The notes below the pieces were generated by a model, which was not told the DNA's origin, did no database searches, and was given only the letters and a program-made list of their open reading frames with translations. Below, piece by piece: positions 16,629-25,198 of a stretch of DNA of 64,000 bases. The translations under genes were made by a program, and so were the position numbers. Numbering within the stretch: position 1 is the stretch's first letter; each line of letters begins with the position of its first letter. The DNA comes from Candidatus Bathyarchaeia archaeon (GTDB lineage Archaea; Thermoproteota; Bathyarchaeia; Bathyarchaeales; Bathyarchaeaceae): the NCBI GenBank assembly GCA_035283685.1, contig DATETJ010000008.1, positions 64,629 to 128,628 on the forward strand, written 5' to 3'.

Positions 16629-18176
16629 GTGAGGGTGGGAACGGAAGAGACGTTAAACTCAGACTACGAGAAGCTGTTGGCGAGAGCCAAGGACATCGTA
16701 ATCCTGCGGTCTGTAAATGAGGTCATCGGGTGGGATATGCAGACCAAGATGCCGCCTAAAGGCATCGGGCTTCGTGGTGAACAAAGCGCACTGCTTAGTC
16801 GATTTTTCCATAAGATGAACACTGACCCGGAAGTCAGCACGCTTTTGGAGAAAATTGAGAGGCATCCTGACTATCCAAGTCTCAGTGAGCTCCAGCGACG
16901 AAATGTCTACCTAGTCAGAAAGAACTATGACGAACAGACGAAACTGCCGGAAAAGCTCGTTGCCGAGACAGCCAGACAAACGGCCATCGCGTTCGGCATT
17001 TGGAAGAAAGCCAAAGCCGCCAAGGATTATTCTCTGTTCAAACCTGAACTCGCCAAGGTCATTGACCTCATAAAGCAAACAGCCGCCATCCTGATGGAGG
17101 TGAAGAAAACCGCGACGCCGTACGATGCCTTAATCGATATCTTCGAACCAAAGATGACGGCTAGCCAGATTACCCCAATTTTCAATGAACTCAAGACACA
17201 CCTCATCAAAATCATAGACAAATGCACGAATTCGTCGAAGCAACCCGATCCTTCCATCCTCAGACGAAAAGTTCCTATAAGTGCGCAAGAGGAAATCTCC
17301 AAATCGCTGGCCAAATTCATCGAATACGACGCTGAATCCAAGAACGCAGGCGGTCGAATCGACGAGGCTGAGCATCCTTTTACAGCAGGGTACTTTGATG
17401 ACGTAAGAATCACAACGCACTACTACGAAGACGATGTAACATCGTCCCTGTTTTCGGTGCTTCACGAAGGGGGTCACGCACTCTACGAACAGGGCTTTAG
17501 CCCAGAATGGATGTACCTACCCGTGGGATCAAGTGCCTCCGCAGGCTTCCATGAGTCTCAATCACGCTTAGTGGAGAACATGATAGGCCGCTCAAGCGAG
17601 TTCTGGACCAGCTACTATTCACAGTTCAAGGCATTGACAGGCAGCACCTTCTCAGATATTCCATTGGACGCTTTTGTCCACGCAATCAACAGGGTTCAAC
17701 CTTCCAAAATCCGCGTCGAAGCGGACGAAGTCACCTACAGCTTGCATGTTATAATCCGGTTTGAAATCGAACAGGCTCTATTCCAAGACAAAGTAACAGT
17801 GGATGAGCTACCAAGCGTTTGGAACCAAAAGTACATGGATTACCTTGGCCAGAAGATCGAGAATGATTCAGAGGGAGTTATGCAGGACATACACTGGGCT
17901 GGAGGAGGCTTCGGATACTTCCCATCGTACGCTCTAGGAAACATGTATGGGGGACAGATATTCGCAGCATTTGCGAAGGACGTGCCAAACTGGGCTAGTC
18001 AACTGGAGAAAGGCGACTTCCACAACATCAGACAATGGTTGACCACTAACGTGTTCAGCCACGGAAACCTGTACGATCCGATTCCACTTCTGAAGAAAAT
18101 CACGGGTCAGGAAATCAACGTTAAACCTTTCATCGACTACCTGAACACAAAATTCTCAAAAATCTACGAATACTGA
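16629..18176 (+). CDS. carboxypeptidase Taq-like metallopeptidase (M32)
   Basis: HEGGHALY (HExxH) is present together with AEHPFTAG, DDVRITTHY, IRVEADEVTY and GVMQDIHWAGG. These match all the conserved M32 blocks I recall. Confidence 0.9.
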   Translation: MRVGTEETLNSDYEKLLARAKDIVILRSVNEVIGWDMQTKMPPKGIGLRGEQSALLSRFFHKMNTDPEVSTLLEKIERHPDYPSLSELQRRNVYLVRKNYDEQTKLPEKLVAETARQTAIAFGIWKKAKAAKDYSLFKPELAKVIDLIKQTAAILMEVKKTATPYDALIDIFEPKMTASQITPIFNELKTHLIKIIDKCTNSSKQPDPSILRRKVPISAQEEISKSLAKFIEYDAESKNAGGRIDEAEHPFTAGYFDDVRITTHYYEDDVTSSLFSVLHEGGHALYEQGFSPEWMYLPVGSSASAGFHESQSRLVENMIGRSSEFWTSYYSQFKALTGSTFSDIPLDAFVHAINRVQPSKIRVEADEVTYSLHVIIRFEIEQALFQDKVTVDELPSVWNQKYMDYLGQKIENDSEGVMQDIHWAGGGFGYFPSYALGNMYGGQIFAAFAKDVPNWASQLEKGDFHNIRQWLTTNVFSHGNLYDPIPLLKKITGQEINVKPFIDYLNTKFSKIYEY

Positions 18177-18258
18177 CAGTGAGCACTCGAACCAGCACGC
18201 GCTTATTCAATTCCCTATTGGTGATACTGACGCTGCTGCAGTTGCGGATTGGCTGATG

Positions 18259-19362
18259 CTATATTAGGAATTTTCCTTTCTTGTAGATTAGCTTGCCGTC
18301 TGCGCGTATTTCTCCGTCTTTCTTCATGTCTTTCAACAGGTCCCAATGAACAGCTGACTTGTTGAGTCCCCCAGTCTCAGGGTAGGAAGCACCAAGAGCC
18401 ATGTGAATTGTCCCGCCCATCTTTTCATCAAAGAGAATTCTCTTTGTGAATCTTGTTATGCCATAATTGGTTCCGACGGCGACTTCGCCGATCCGGTCTG
18501 CACCCTCGATTCTCAGAATCTCCTGCAGCAACTCATTGCCCTTAGCTGCCTTTGCCTTTGTCACCTTTCCGCCTTTGAATGTAAGAGTTATGTCCTCGAT
18601 TTCTTTGCCCGAATATATTCCCGGGTAACTGAATCTTATGGTGCCATTGACTGAGTCTTCAACTGGTGCTGTAAAGACCTCACCGTCGGGCATGTTGAAT
18701 TTTCCGTCGCAGTTTTCCCATTTTCTTCCCTTCACGCTGAAGACGAGTTCAGAGTCCTTACATGTAATTTCGATTTTGTCAGCGTTATTTAGATACTTGC
18801 AGATCCTTTCCTGACTTGAGCGAATCTTCTTCCATTCTTTAACTGGGTCCTCTTTGTCGATCAAGCAGCTTTTGTACACAAAGTCTTCATATTCCTGTAG
18901 TGCCATGGAAGCTTCTTGGGCGTCGGCACTGATCGGGTAAGGTAAGAGTACCCAACGAAGATCACCAGCACCGGAACGTTTCATGTATTCATCCATGAAA
19001 TCTTTCCATGAAGCTTGCCTCGTCGCGATTTTTGCTGGGTCTACGCCAGTTAGGCGTTTTGGGTTGGGATTGCAGCCCACAGTTATGTAGACATCGACTT
19101 TCTTGATAATGAAATTCCAGATGGACCGGGTGAAGTTTTGGTGCAACTGGTGTTTCTTTGCGTATTTGTAGAATATGTAGTCGGTGTCAAGCTCCGGAAG
19201 AATCGACGGGTCTGCATCGCTCAGAATGCACTCTTTGTATATCTCGTTTATCAATGGGTGGGCGATATCTCTTCCTTCGATGAGAACTTTGTCCTTCGGC
19301 TTCACAGCAACACAGTATTGAACGCAAAGCTTCGCAAGTTTCTCGATTCTCGGATCCACCAT
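18259..19362 (-). CDS. aminopeptidase, M29 (AmpS/PepS/aminopeptidase T) family
   Basis: The length is 367 aa. The N-terminus MVDPRIEKLAKLCVQYCVAVKPKDKVLI and the C-terminal GTNYGI...GGTIHMALG...HWD are typical M29 blocks. Confidence 0.85.
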   Translation of the reverse strand: MVDPRIEKLAKLCVQYCVAVKPKDKVLIEGRDIAHPLINEIYKECILSDADPSILPELDTDYIFYKYAKKHQLHQNFTRSIWNFIIKKVDVYITVGCNPNPKRLTGVDPAKIATRQASWKDFMDEYMKRSGAGDLRWVLLPYPISADAQEASMALQEYEDFVYKSCLIDKEDPVKEWKKIRSSQERICKYLNNADKIEITCKDSELVFSVKGRKWENCDGKFNMPDGEVFTAPVEDSVNGTIRFSYPGIYSGKEIEDITLTFKGGKVTKAKAAKGNELLQEILRIEGADRIGEVAVGTNYGITRFTKRILFDEKMGGTIHMALGASYPETGGLNKSAVHWDLLKDMKKDGEIRADGKLIYKKGKFLI

Positions 19363-19517
19363 TCAAACCACATTCCTGAAATAAAGGCAACTCTTGAGTG
19401 TTAGGAAAAGTTTCGTTCTTATGGTTTGTGGAAACGTGACAATGTACGTCTTCTATCTGAAACTCGGGAAGAAATGACAAGAATCCGAGCCCTTTCAACA
19501 GCGCGCTTTTAGTATTC

Positions 19518-20051
19518 CTAGTCCTCAATTCCGTGTAGGTTGATTCTTTGATACGGTTTCCTAGTACGGTTGAGAATTCTACTCATTCGGTAAGCCATGA
19601 TAACGAACAATGTAAACATGATTCCTGTCGCCAAAGCAAGGTACAATAGATTACAGAGTAGGAACAACAACCACAGTGACGAACCGAGCATAAGCCAACT
19701 AAATATATAGACTGGCCCAGTCCCGCCCTTCGAGTAGCGCTGTGGCAGTTTTGGGGCGAATACTACGCAGTAGCTCAGCAATGCCTCGTTATCATATAGT
19801 CCGTAAAGTAGAGTGTAGAATAAGGCGGCTAGAAAGAAAAGCATGGTTTGCGACTGCCAAGTGCTAGGGTCTGGAAACCGAGTAATGAGTATGGTTATTG
19901 CTGTGAATGTAAAACCTGCAAACAGAGAGAGATTTCTCGAAATGACCGAGTGAAAAGCCACATATGCTGAGAGTTTCGTTTCTTCAGCCGACATTTCACA
20001 ATCCTCAGAAGAGCTAGTTATCTGACTTGGATTCTTATTGCTTGTGCGCAC
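19518..20051 (-). CDS. hypothetical integral membrane protein
   Basis: About four hydrophobic helices are present. It overlaps the upstream methyltransferase gene by 17 nt. Confidence 0.5.
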   Translation of the reverse strand: MRTSNKNPSQITSSSEDCEMSAEETKLSAYVAFHSVISRNLSLFAGFTFTAITILITRFPDPSTWQSQTMLFFLAALFYTLLYGLYDNEALLSYCVVFAPKLPQRYSKGGTGPVYIFSWLMLGSSLWLLFLLCNLLYLALATGIMFTLFVIMAYRMSRILNRTRKPYQRINLHGIED

Positions 20052-20793
20052 ACGTGTAAGTTTTTTGAAAAGCTGCTATGTATGCTGAGTTGTCTGAGTC
20101 TATGGTTTCCTTGATTTTCCATCCTGTTCCTTTGAGTATCTCTTCCATTTCTTTCTTGGACACTATCAGGTAGTCGAACCATCTGCCAACGCATTTCCTG
20201 AACCTTATTCTTAGTCTCAGTTGCCCCGGCATTCTACCTCTCTGCCTATTGAGCTTGTGATACTCCAAGTGCTCAGGGATGCTAGTCTTGAACGTGTCAC
20301 GAGTGCTGGCAATAATCAATCCGCTCTCAGAAGTGATCTTATGCAGTTTCTTCAGTATTCTCTTAGCCGTTTTTAAGCCGCCGAATAAGCCGAAGTTGCT
20401 GCCCATCATGATGACTGTGTCGAACGAGTTGGGCTTGAAGTCCAGTTCTTCAATTGCCGTGACTCTTGCTTTCTTCAGTCCTCTGAGCTTGCTGACTTTG
20501 ATCGCTAGGGGTGAGCTGTCGATTCCTAGTACGTCGAATCCTTTGTTTTGCAGGTACAAGGAGTGTCTGCCGGCTCCGCAGCCGATGTCTAGGACTCTTC
20601 CTTTCACGAGTTCCATGGCTTTTCTTTCAATCGGCGCCCAGTCTTCGTATTCTGAGAAGTAGTTTTTAGGATTTCCCGGGGTTGCATTGAAGTAGCCGTC
20701 ATCTCTTTCCACTACTTCTGAAGCTTCTTCGCCCTTGTAGCAAGCCCAAATCTCCTGACCAAACGTATCTTCCTCAGGCTTAAGTTTCTTCAT
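20035..20793 (-). CDS. class I SAM-dependent methyltransferase
   Basis: VLDIGCGAGRHSLYL is motif I, and it is followed by VLGIDSS and a Rossmann-fold pattern. Confidence 0.85.
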   Translation of the reverse strand: MKKLKPEEDTFGQEIWACYKGEEASEVVERDDGYFNATPGNPKNYFSEYEDWAPIERKAMELVKGRVLDIGCGAGRHSLYLQNKGFDVLGIDSSPLAIKVSKLRGLKKARVTAIEELDFKPNSFDTVIMMGSNFGLFGGLKTAKRILKKLHKITSESGLIIASTRDTFKTSIPEHLEYHKLNRQRGRMPGQLRLRIRFRKCVGRWFDYLIVSKKEMEEILKGTGWKIKETIDSDNSAYIAAFQKTYTCAHKQ

Positions 20794-20916
20794 ACCAAGT
20801 CATTGACCACATCTTCCCATGTGTCGGTTCTTATGGCTTGTGGAGAACATTGGAGTGATTCACAACGCCATGTGAGCGCATGGAATTTCTATCCCCACCC
20901 AACCCGCCCGCCCATT

Positions 20917-21441
20917 CTAATGGTTTTCCTTAAGTGAATGATGGAAGACACATTCCTTTGAGCCTGCCAAGTATCCTCCTTCTTTGTAACCATGCTTTCG
21001 AAATGCAGCCAGCGCCGCCGGATGATCAGCATAAAACACTAAATCAAAGTAACCCTCACTCTTCATGTAAACCTCAAAGAAGTCTAAGAACTCATTTCCG
21101 TAGCCTTTTCCTCTATGTGTCTCAATCAACCACCATTCATGAAGCTCAACAAAGTCTTTCTTCCCATCCAATAGCTTTTCCAATGCCTCTGTGTCTTCTT
21201 TGTTTCTGGGGGAACCTTTCCTATGTTCTTCAGTGTTGCTTTCATGCCAGACTGCATGACCCACAATCTTGCCGTTTTCTCTCCAAACAATGAGCTGAAC
21301 AAAATTGCTCTTGATAGAACCTACAAGCATTTCAAACAGTCTATCATGATTGAATCCTTTAGACTCTTGACGGTACCCATTTCTACTCCAATATTCCTTG
21401 AACTCCTCAGACTGGGGGTCACAACCAACCTCAAACCTCAA
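20917..21441 (-). CDS. GNAT family N-acetyltransferase
   Basis: The acetyl-CoA motif WLIETHRGKGYGNEFL (R/Q-x-x-G-x-G/A) is present and the C-terminal FRKHGY is typical. Confidence 0.7.
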   Translation of the reverse strand: MRFEVGCDPQSEEFKEYWSRNGYRQESKGFNHDRLFEMLVGSIKSNFVQLIVWRENGKIVGHAVWHESNTEEHRKGSPRNKEDTEALEKLLDGKKDFVELHEWWLIETHRGKGYGNEFLDFFEVYMKSEGYFDLVFYADHPAALAAFRKHGYKEGGYLAGSKECVFHHSLKENH

Positions 21442-21471
21442 GAACCAACCATCTGCCTAAACCTTTGACTG

Positions 21472-21942
21472 CTAAAGCTTCTGTTCTCTTTTCCTTCCTT
21501 CATTGTAGAGATATTCAAAATGGTCCCACAGTGTTGGAAAGTTGTATTGCTTTCTAGCTCCCTCAACGATAGGTTTCATTTTCTTCCAAATCATGTTGGT
21601 AGGCATTTCTGAAAGAGCCTCATAGTCTACAAGACCGCTGTGAAGAAGCTCTCCAGCTCCTTCATACAAGTTGGCAACCACTGACATTGCCACGGCAACT
21701 GGTGTTTCAGCAAATGGTGCACCGTATTTCTTCAAGAAATCATCGTAGTCCTCAAACTCCAGGTTCCACACTTTAAAAGTAGCTTCAAGGAACTCTTTGC
21801 TATTGAAACTCTGATAAACTCTCCAGAATGCATCTGTCTTTCTCATCTTGGTTTGATGCCTAAGCTGAAGAGCATAATAGATGATTCCTGCAACAACACT
21901 TGCGGAAGCAACAGCAATAGAAACTGTCTGAATATCAACCAC
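21472..21942 (-). CDS. hypothetical protein with N-terminal membrane anchor
   Basis: A single N-terminal TM (VSIAVASASVVAGIIYYAL) is followed by a soluble alpha-helical domain. I recognise no family with confidence. Confidence 0.5.
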   Translation of the reverse strand: MVDIQTVSIAVASASVVAGIIYYALQLRHQTKMRKTDAFWRVYQSFNSKEFLEATFKVWNLEFEDYDDFLKKYGAPFAETPVAVAMSVVANLYEGAGELLHSGLVDYEALSEMPTNMIWKKMKPIVEGARKQYNFPTLWDHFEYLYNEGRKREQKL

Positions 21943-22061
21943 TTTTGATACCCAGAAGACAAGATTAGCTGGATTAGTATTAAAGACTAGACCATGAAGA
22001 GAACATCAGACAAAAAAGCCTTTAATCAAAGCCCTATATGCTGGTGACGGACAAAGCCGCT

Positions 22062-22148
22062 CTACTTCTCAGTTTTTGTCAGTATTCTTGGTTCTTCCCA
22101 TTCCTCTCTGAAAATGCTAAGAGGCACGTCTTGAGTAATGCGTTCATT
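22062..22148 (-). pseudogene. relic of the 3' end of a RimJ/RimL-type GNAT gene
   Basis: Hand translation gives NERITQDVPLSIFREEWEEPRILTKTEK*. The C-terminus of the intact GNAT at 24598-25137 is ..TDLFIFSILREEWKEPRILTKTR*. About 55 bp (22072-22126 against 24603-24657) are roughly 85% identical by eye. No upstream ORF body is present. Confidence 0.45.
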
Positions 22149-23097
22149 GGAAAAGCCAATCTGCCCTAGTTTTCTCCCAGAATTTCTCTTCGATTCGGGA
22201 AAAACTCTCAAGTTTTGCGAGTTCACGAATGAATTTTCTTAGTAATATGCTTGTTGTTAGGGCAATCTCTGTGTTGATGAATGCCTCGGCTTCGTCGACG
22301 TTTCTGCCAATGTACGAAACAGCCGTTTCTCCGCTTCTTCTTGCCTCAGGGATAATCGCAGCTATTTCTGCGTGTTCTTTTGTAGGAAAAGAAATCCTGA
22401 CCTTGTACGGCGGCTGAATTCCTAGAGGCTTCAGCTGGTCTATCTTGGAAACTGCTCGCTTTGCCGCTTCCTCTATCCGCTTTCTGGCTTCAGCGGAGTC
22501 CAGACACTTGGTAGTCCTTCTGTTCAGCGAAGTCTTCACCTGCACCGTTTCAATTCCAGGCAGAAGCTCCGAGGCTTCTCTAATGAGCGCTTGATCGCCA
22601 GTCACCATTATCACAGGAATTCCGTGCTCAGCGAGTTTGAGCGCCGCTAACGCCGTTTCGCCCACTACTTTTCCATTTATCTCTATTCGGGCAATATTGA
22701 AAGGATGAATTGTGTGGGTTAGGAAGCCCTCCTTGTCATCTGCCATCGCGTGATAACCAAGAAGAACCGCAGCCGCCAATGATCCATCTAGAGCTTCGTT
22801 CAGTCTTCCCCAAAAATCTGGTCCCTGATACAGCTTAGCGCTCTTCTCCAGCTTTTCAGGAATTATGTTCAAGGGGCTTGGACCACCAGACATATGGTCG
22901 TCGACAACTCTGACTTCTGTTGCACCTCCAGCCTTTAGACCCCGAACTACTGCGTTAACCTCCTTAGTCATCAGGCTTCGAGACTTCTCGAATCCCTTCT
23001 GGTCACCCCAAATTTGACTGGGGTCGTCGATTCCAGAGATTCCTTCCATATCAACGTCTACGATGATTTTGAGGTTTTTCACAGGCTTCTTGCTCAA
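22144..23097 (-). CDS. M55 family D-aminopeptidase (DppA-like)
   Basis: IIVDVDMEGISGI at the N-terminus and the overall size (317 aa) are typical of peptidase M55. Confidence 0.8.
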   Translation of the reverse strand: MSKKPVKNLKIIVDVDMEGISGIDDPSQIWGDQKGFEKSRSLMTKEVNAVVRGLKAGGATEVRVVDDHMSGGPSPLNIIPEKLEKSAKLYQGPDFWGRLNEALDGSLAAAVLLGYHAMADDKEGFLTHTIHPFNIARIEINGKVVGETALAALKLAEHGIPVIMVTGDQALIREASELLPGIETVQVKTSLNRRTTKCLDSAEARKRIEEAAKRAVSKIDQLKPLGIQPPYKVRISFPTKEHAEIAAIIPEARRSGETAVSYIGRNVDEAEAFINTEIALTTSILLRKFIRELAKLESFSRIEEKFWEKTRADWLFQ

Positions 23098-23167
23098 ATG
23101 GCGATTCTCCTTTCGTCTGAATGAAGGAAAACGATATTTAAGAGTTACATCGCGCGTGCTAGAATGC

Positions 23168-23587
23168 TCAGGAAGAAAGTAAGTAAATAGCGACTATTGC
23201 TAAAAGAATTCCTACTACTATCTTTGGCGCTATAGTTTCTTTGAACAGAACGATTCCACCTACAGCAGTAATTGCAGCAACGCCTGCTGCTATCATAGGA
23301 CTTAAGGTAGAAAGACTACCTATCTGATAGGCAGTTACTTCTGCCAAAACTGCGAGAACAGCAATCATGCCCGCTATCAACGAAATGAAAACACCTTCCC
23401 GTGTTAACTGAATTGTAGATCTGGAGAACCAGAAATACGCAAATACCACAGCTATCACTATCACAGAGGAAAGTGCATTGAAAAAGGAAAAGGAAACAGT
23501 ATCAAGCTTTCCAGCAGCGTATTTTACCAAAATTCCCCAAGAACCAAACAACACCATCGCTAGTATGGTTGGAATTATCCAGTTCAT
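23168..23587 (-). CDS. EamA-like (DMT superfamily) small membrane transporter
   Basis: The protein has 139 aa and 4-5 TM helices. The pattern ILAMVLFGSWGILVKYA...IVLFKETI matches a single EamA domain. Confidence 0.7.
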   Translation of the reverse strand: MNWIIPTILAMVLFGSWGILVKYAAGKLDTVSFSFFNALSSVIVIAVVFAYFWFSRSTIQLTREGVFISLIAGMIAVLAVLAEVTAYQIGSLSTLSPMIAAGVAAITAVGGIVLFKETIAPKIVVGILLAIVAIYLLSS

Positions 23588-23737
23588 ATGTCTACATTTG
23601 TAGTTTCTGTTCTTTTAAATTCGATTCTTCAGAGAGAGAAGATAGAATTTCTATGCCCACACACAAATCAACGTGGTTTAGGAATGTCGCCCAGTGGCGT
23701 GGGCAATATGCATAGAAAAAAGGCAGTTGTTGTGTGT

Positions 23738-24520
23738 TCAAGCGGCTTTTGTCATTATTTTTTCGAGTATTTTTGTATATAAGACATCTTCACTTGTGTA
23801 CAAGACATCTTTACTTAGAAATTTCTGTATAAGCTTGTCAAGTTCTTCGTTCCGATTGAAATGCATCGGATTCAAGCTCGTCTTTTCAAAGGGTGCAGTC
23901 AGAAGCACCTTTGCTCTTGGAGCTTTTAATGAGCCCAATAATTCAACTGTTTTCTTTGCCTCTTCCAAAGGTATATGTTCAAGAACGTCAAAACATAGTA
24001 TCATATCAAACTTCTCATTCGGTGCTGGTTCTTTGTCCACTCTCCAGAACGTTGCTGGTACGTGATGTTTCTTGAATCTCCATTCTGCAAAATCCAGCGT
24101 GTAAGAATCCACATCTGCAACAACTACTTCAATCCCTTCCCTTGCCAACATATACGCATTCTGACCTATTCCTGCTCCGAAATCGAGAACTTTCTTTGAT
24201 CTTGATTCTAAACAATATGCTAAAAGCTTAACATCAAACCGTCTATGGCTTCCAAAGTGCCAATTTCCCAAGTCAAAGAGATAGTTCTTTGTCTCCTTGT
24301 AAAACTTGTGTATTTCCTCTGGAGTCTGTGGATTCTTTTCATTCCATTCATCCCTCATTAATATTTCTCCTCTGTACACATCTCTGTACACATCATCAAA
24401 ACTTTTCTGGGTATATTCTAACACGTCGATTATGTACTCCTCTCTGTCTTTCTTCAAATCTTGCTCGAAAGTCTTTACACTCTGAATTTCCTCATGAAAC
24501 TTGTGAGAGGATTTGCTCAC
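23738..24520 (-). CDS. class I SAM-dependent methyltransferase
   Basis: Motif I is VLDFGAGIGQNAYMLA, followed by VVVADVD and FDVLEHIP. The C-terminus contains an in-frame 21-bp tandem duplication. Confidence 0.75.
   Translation of the reverse strand: MSKSSHKFHEEIQSVKTFEQDLKKDREEYIIDVLEYTQKSFDDVYRDVYRGEILMRDEWNEKNPQTPEEIHKFYKETKNYLFDLGNWHFGSHRRFDVKLLAYCLESRSKKVLDFGAGIGQNAYMLAREGIEVVVADVDSYTLDFAEWRFKKHHVPATFWRVDKEPAPNEKFDMILCFDVLEHIPLEEAKKTVELLGSLKAPRAKVLLTAPFEKTSLNPMHFNRNEELDKLIQKFLSKDVLYTSEDVLYTKILEKIMTKAA
23778..23819. repeat. 21-bp tandem duplication inside methyltransferase 3' end
   Basis: TATAAGACATCTTCACTTGTG is followed directly by TACAAGACATCTTTACTTAGA. On the minus strand these encode ..DVLYTSEDVLYT.. 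Confidence 0.7.
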
Positions 24521-24597
24521 ATTCTCACTTCAACAACGTATTCTGTCTTGGATAAAAGCGGCTATAACTCCTCTGCAAAACAAAAAACTCGCTTGCT

Positions 24598-25137
24598 TCA
24601 TCTTGTTTTTGTTAGTATTCTCGGCTCTTTCCATTCTTCTCTGAGAATGCTGAAGATGAACAGATCAGTCCACTCTCCCCTGATAAGATGAGGTTTTCTC
24701 AAGATGCCTTCTCTTCTGAACCCAACTTTTTCTAGAACCCTCTGAGAAACCACATTCTTTGGGTGAGTTGTTGCCTGTATTCGAGCAACGTTCTTCGTGA
24801 GAAAAAGATAGTCCACTATAAGCTGTGCAGCTTCAGTGCCATAGCCTTTTCTTCTCTCACTGGCGACGAGACCATAGCCTATTTCTAGCATCTGCATATA
24901 GGGCGCAACCACGTTAAAATGCCAGACGTAGCCAACTCTGCTTCCGTCTTTCTTCTCGATGACAAAGACCCTCGTTTCGAAAAAGGCGCTATTGAGCCAC
25001 TCCTCCAATCCAGCCAGAGAATGCTGCGACGGACTCCCGTATTCACCAAACCATTCAGCGCTGTTGAACCATTGTGCAAACAGTGGCAGGTCCTCTTTCT
25101 CCATCAATCGCAGATTCACATTCTTGCCTTCAAGCAA
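24598..25137 (-). CDS. GNAT N-acetyltransferase (RimJ/RimL-like)
   Basis: LEGKNVNLRLMEKEDLPLFAQW... and the acetyl-CoA motif SERRKGYGTEAA, together with HPKNVVSQRVLEKVGFRREG, are typical Acetyltransf_3. Confidence 0.85.
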   Translation of the reverse strand: MLEGKNVNLRLMEKEDLPLFAQWFNSAEWFGEYGSPSQHSLAGLEEWLNSAFFETRVFVIEKKDGSRVGYVWHFNVVAPYMQMLEIGYGLVASERRKGYGTEAAQLIVDYLFLTKNVARIQATTHPKNVVSQRVLEKVGFRREGILRKPHLIRGEWTDLFIFSILREEWKEPRILTKTR

Positions 25138-25198
25138 TTCTTATTCACCAACCGAGTGCGTGTACATGTCTAGAAGGTTCATGCATACTATTCGGCTC

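Noticed and set aside
20035-25137. Two GNAT-plus-methyltransferase gene pairs as a recent segmental duplication
   Set aside because: The two methyltransferases and the two GNATs share only fold-level motifs and have no extended sequence similarity by eye. Only the short GNAT 3' relic at 22062-22148 shows true paralogy.
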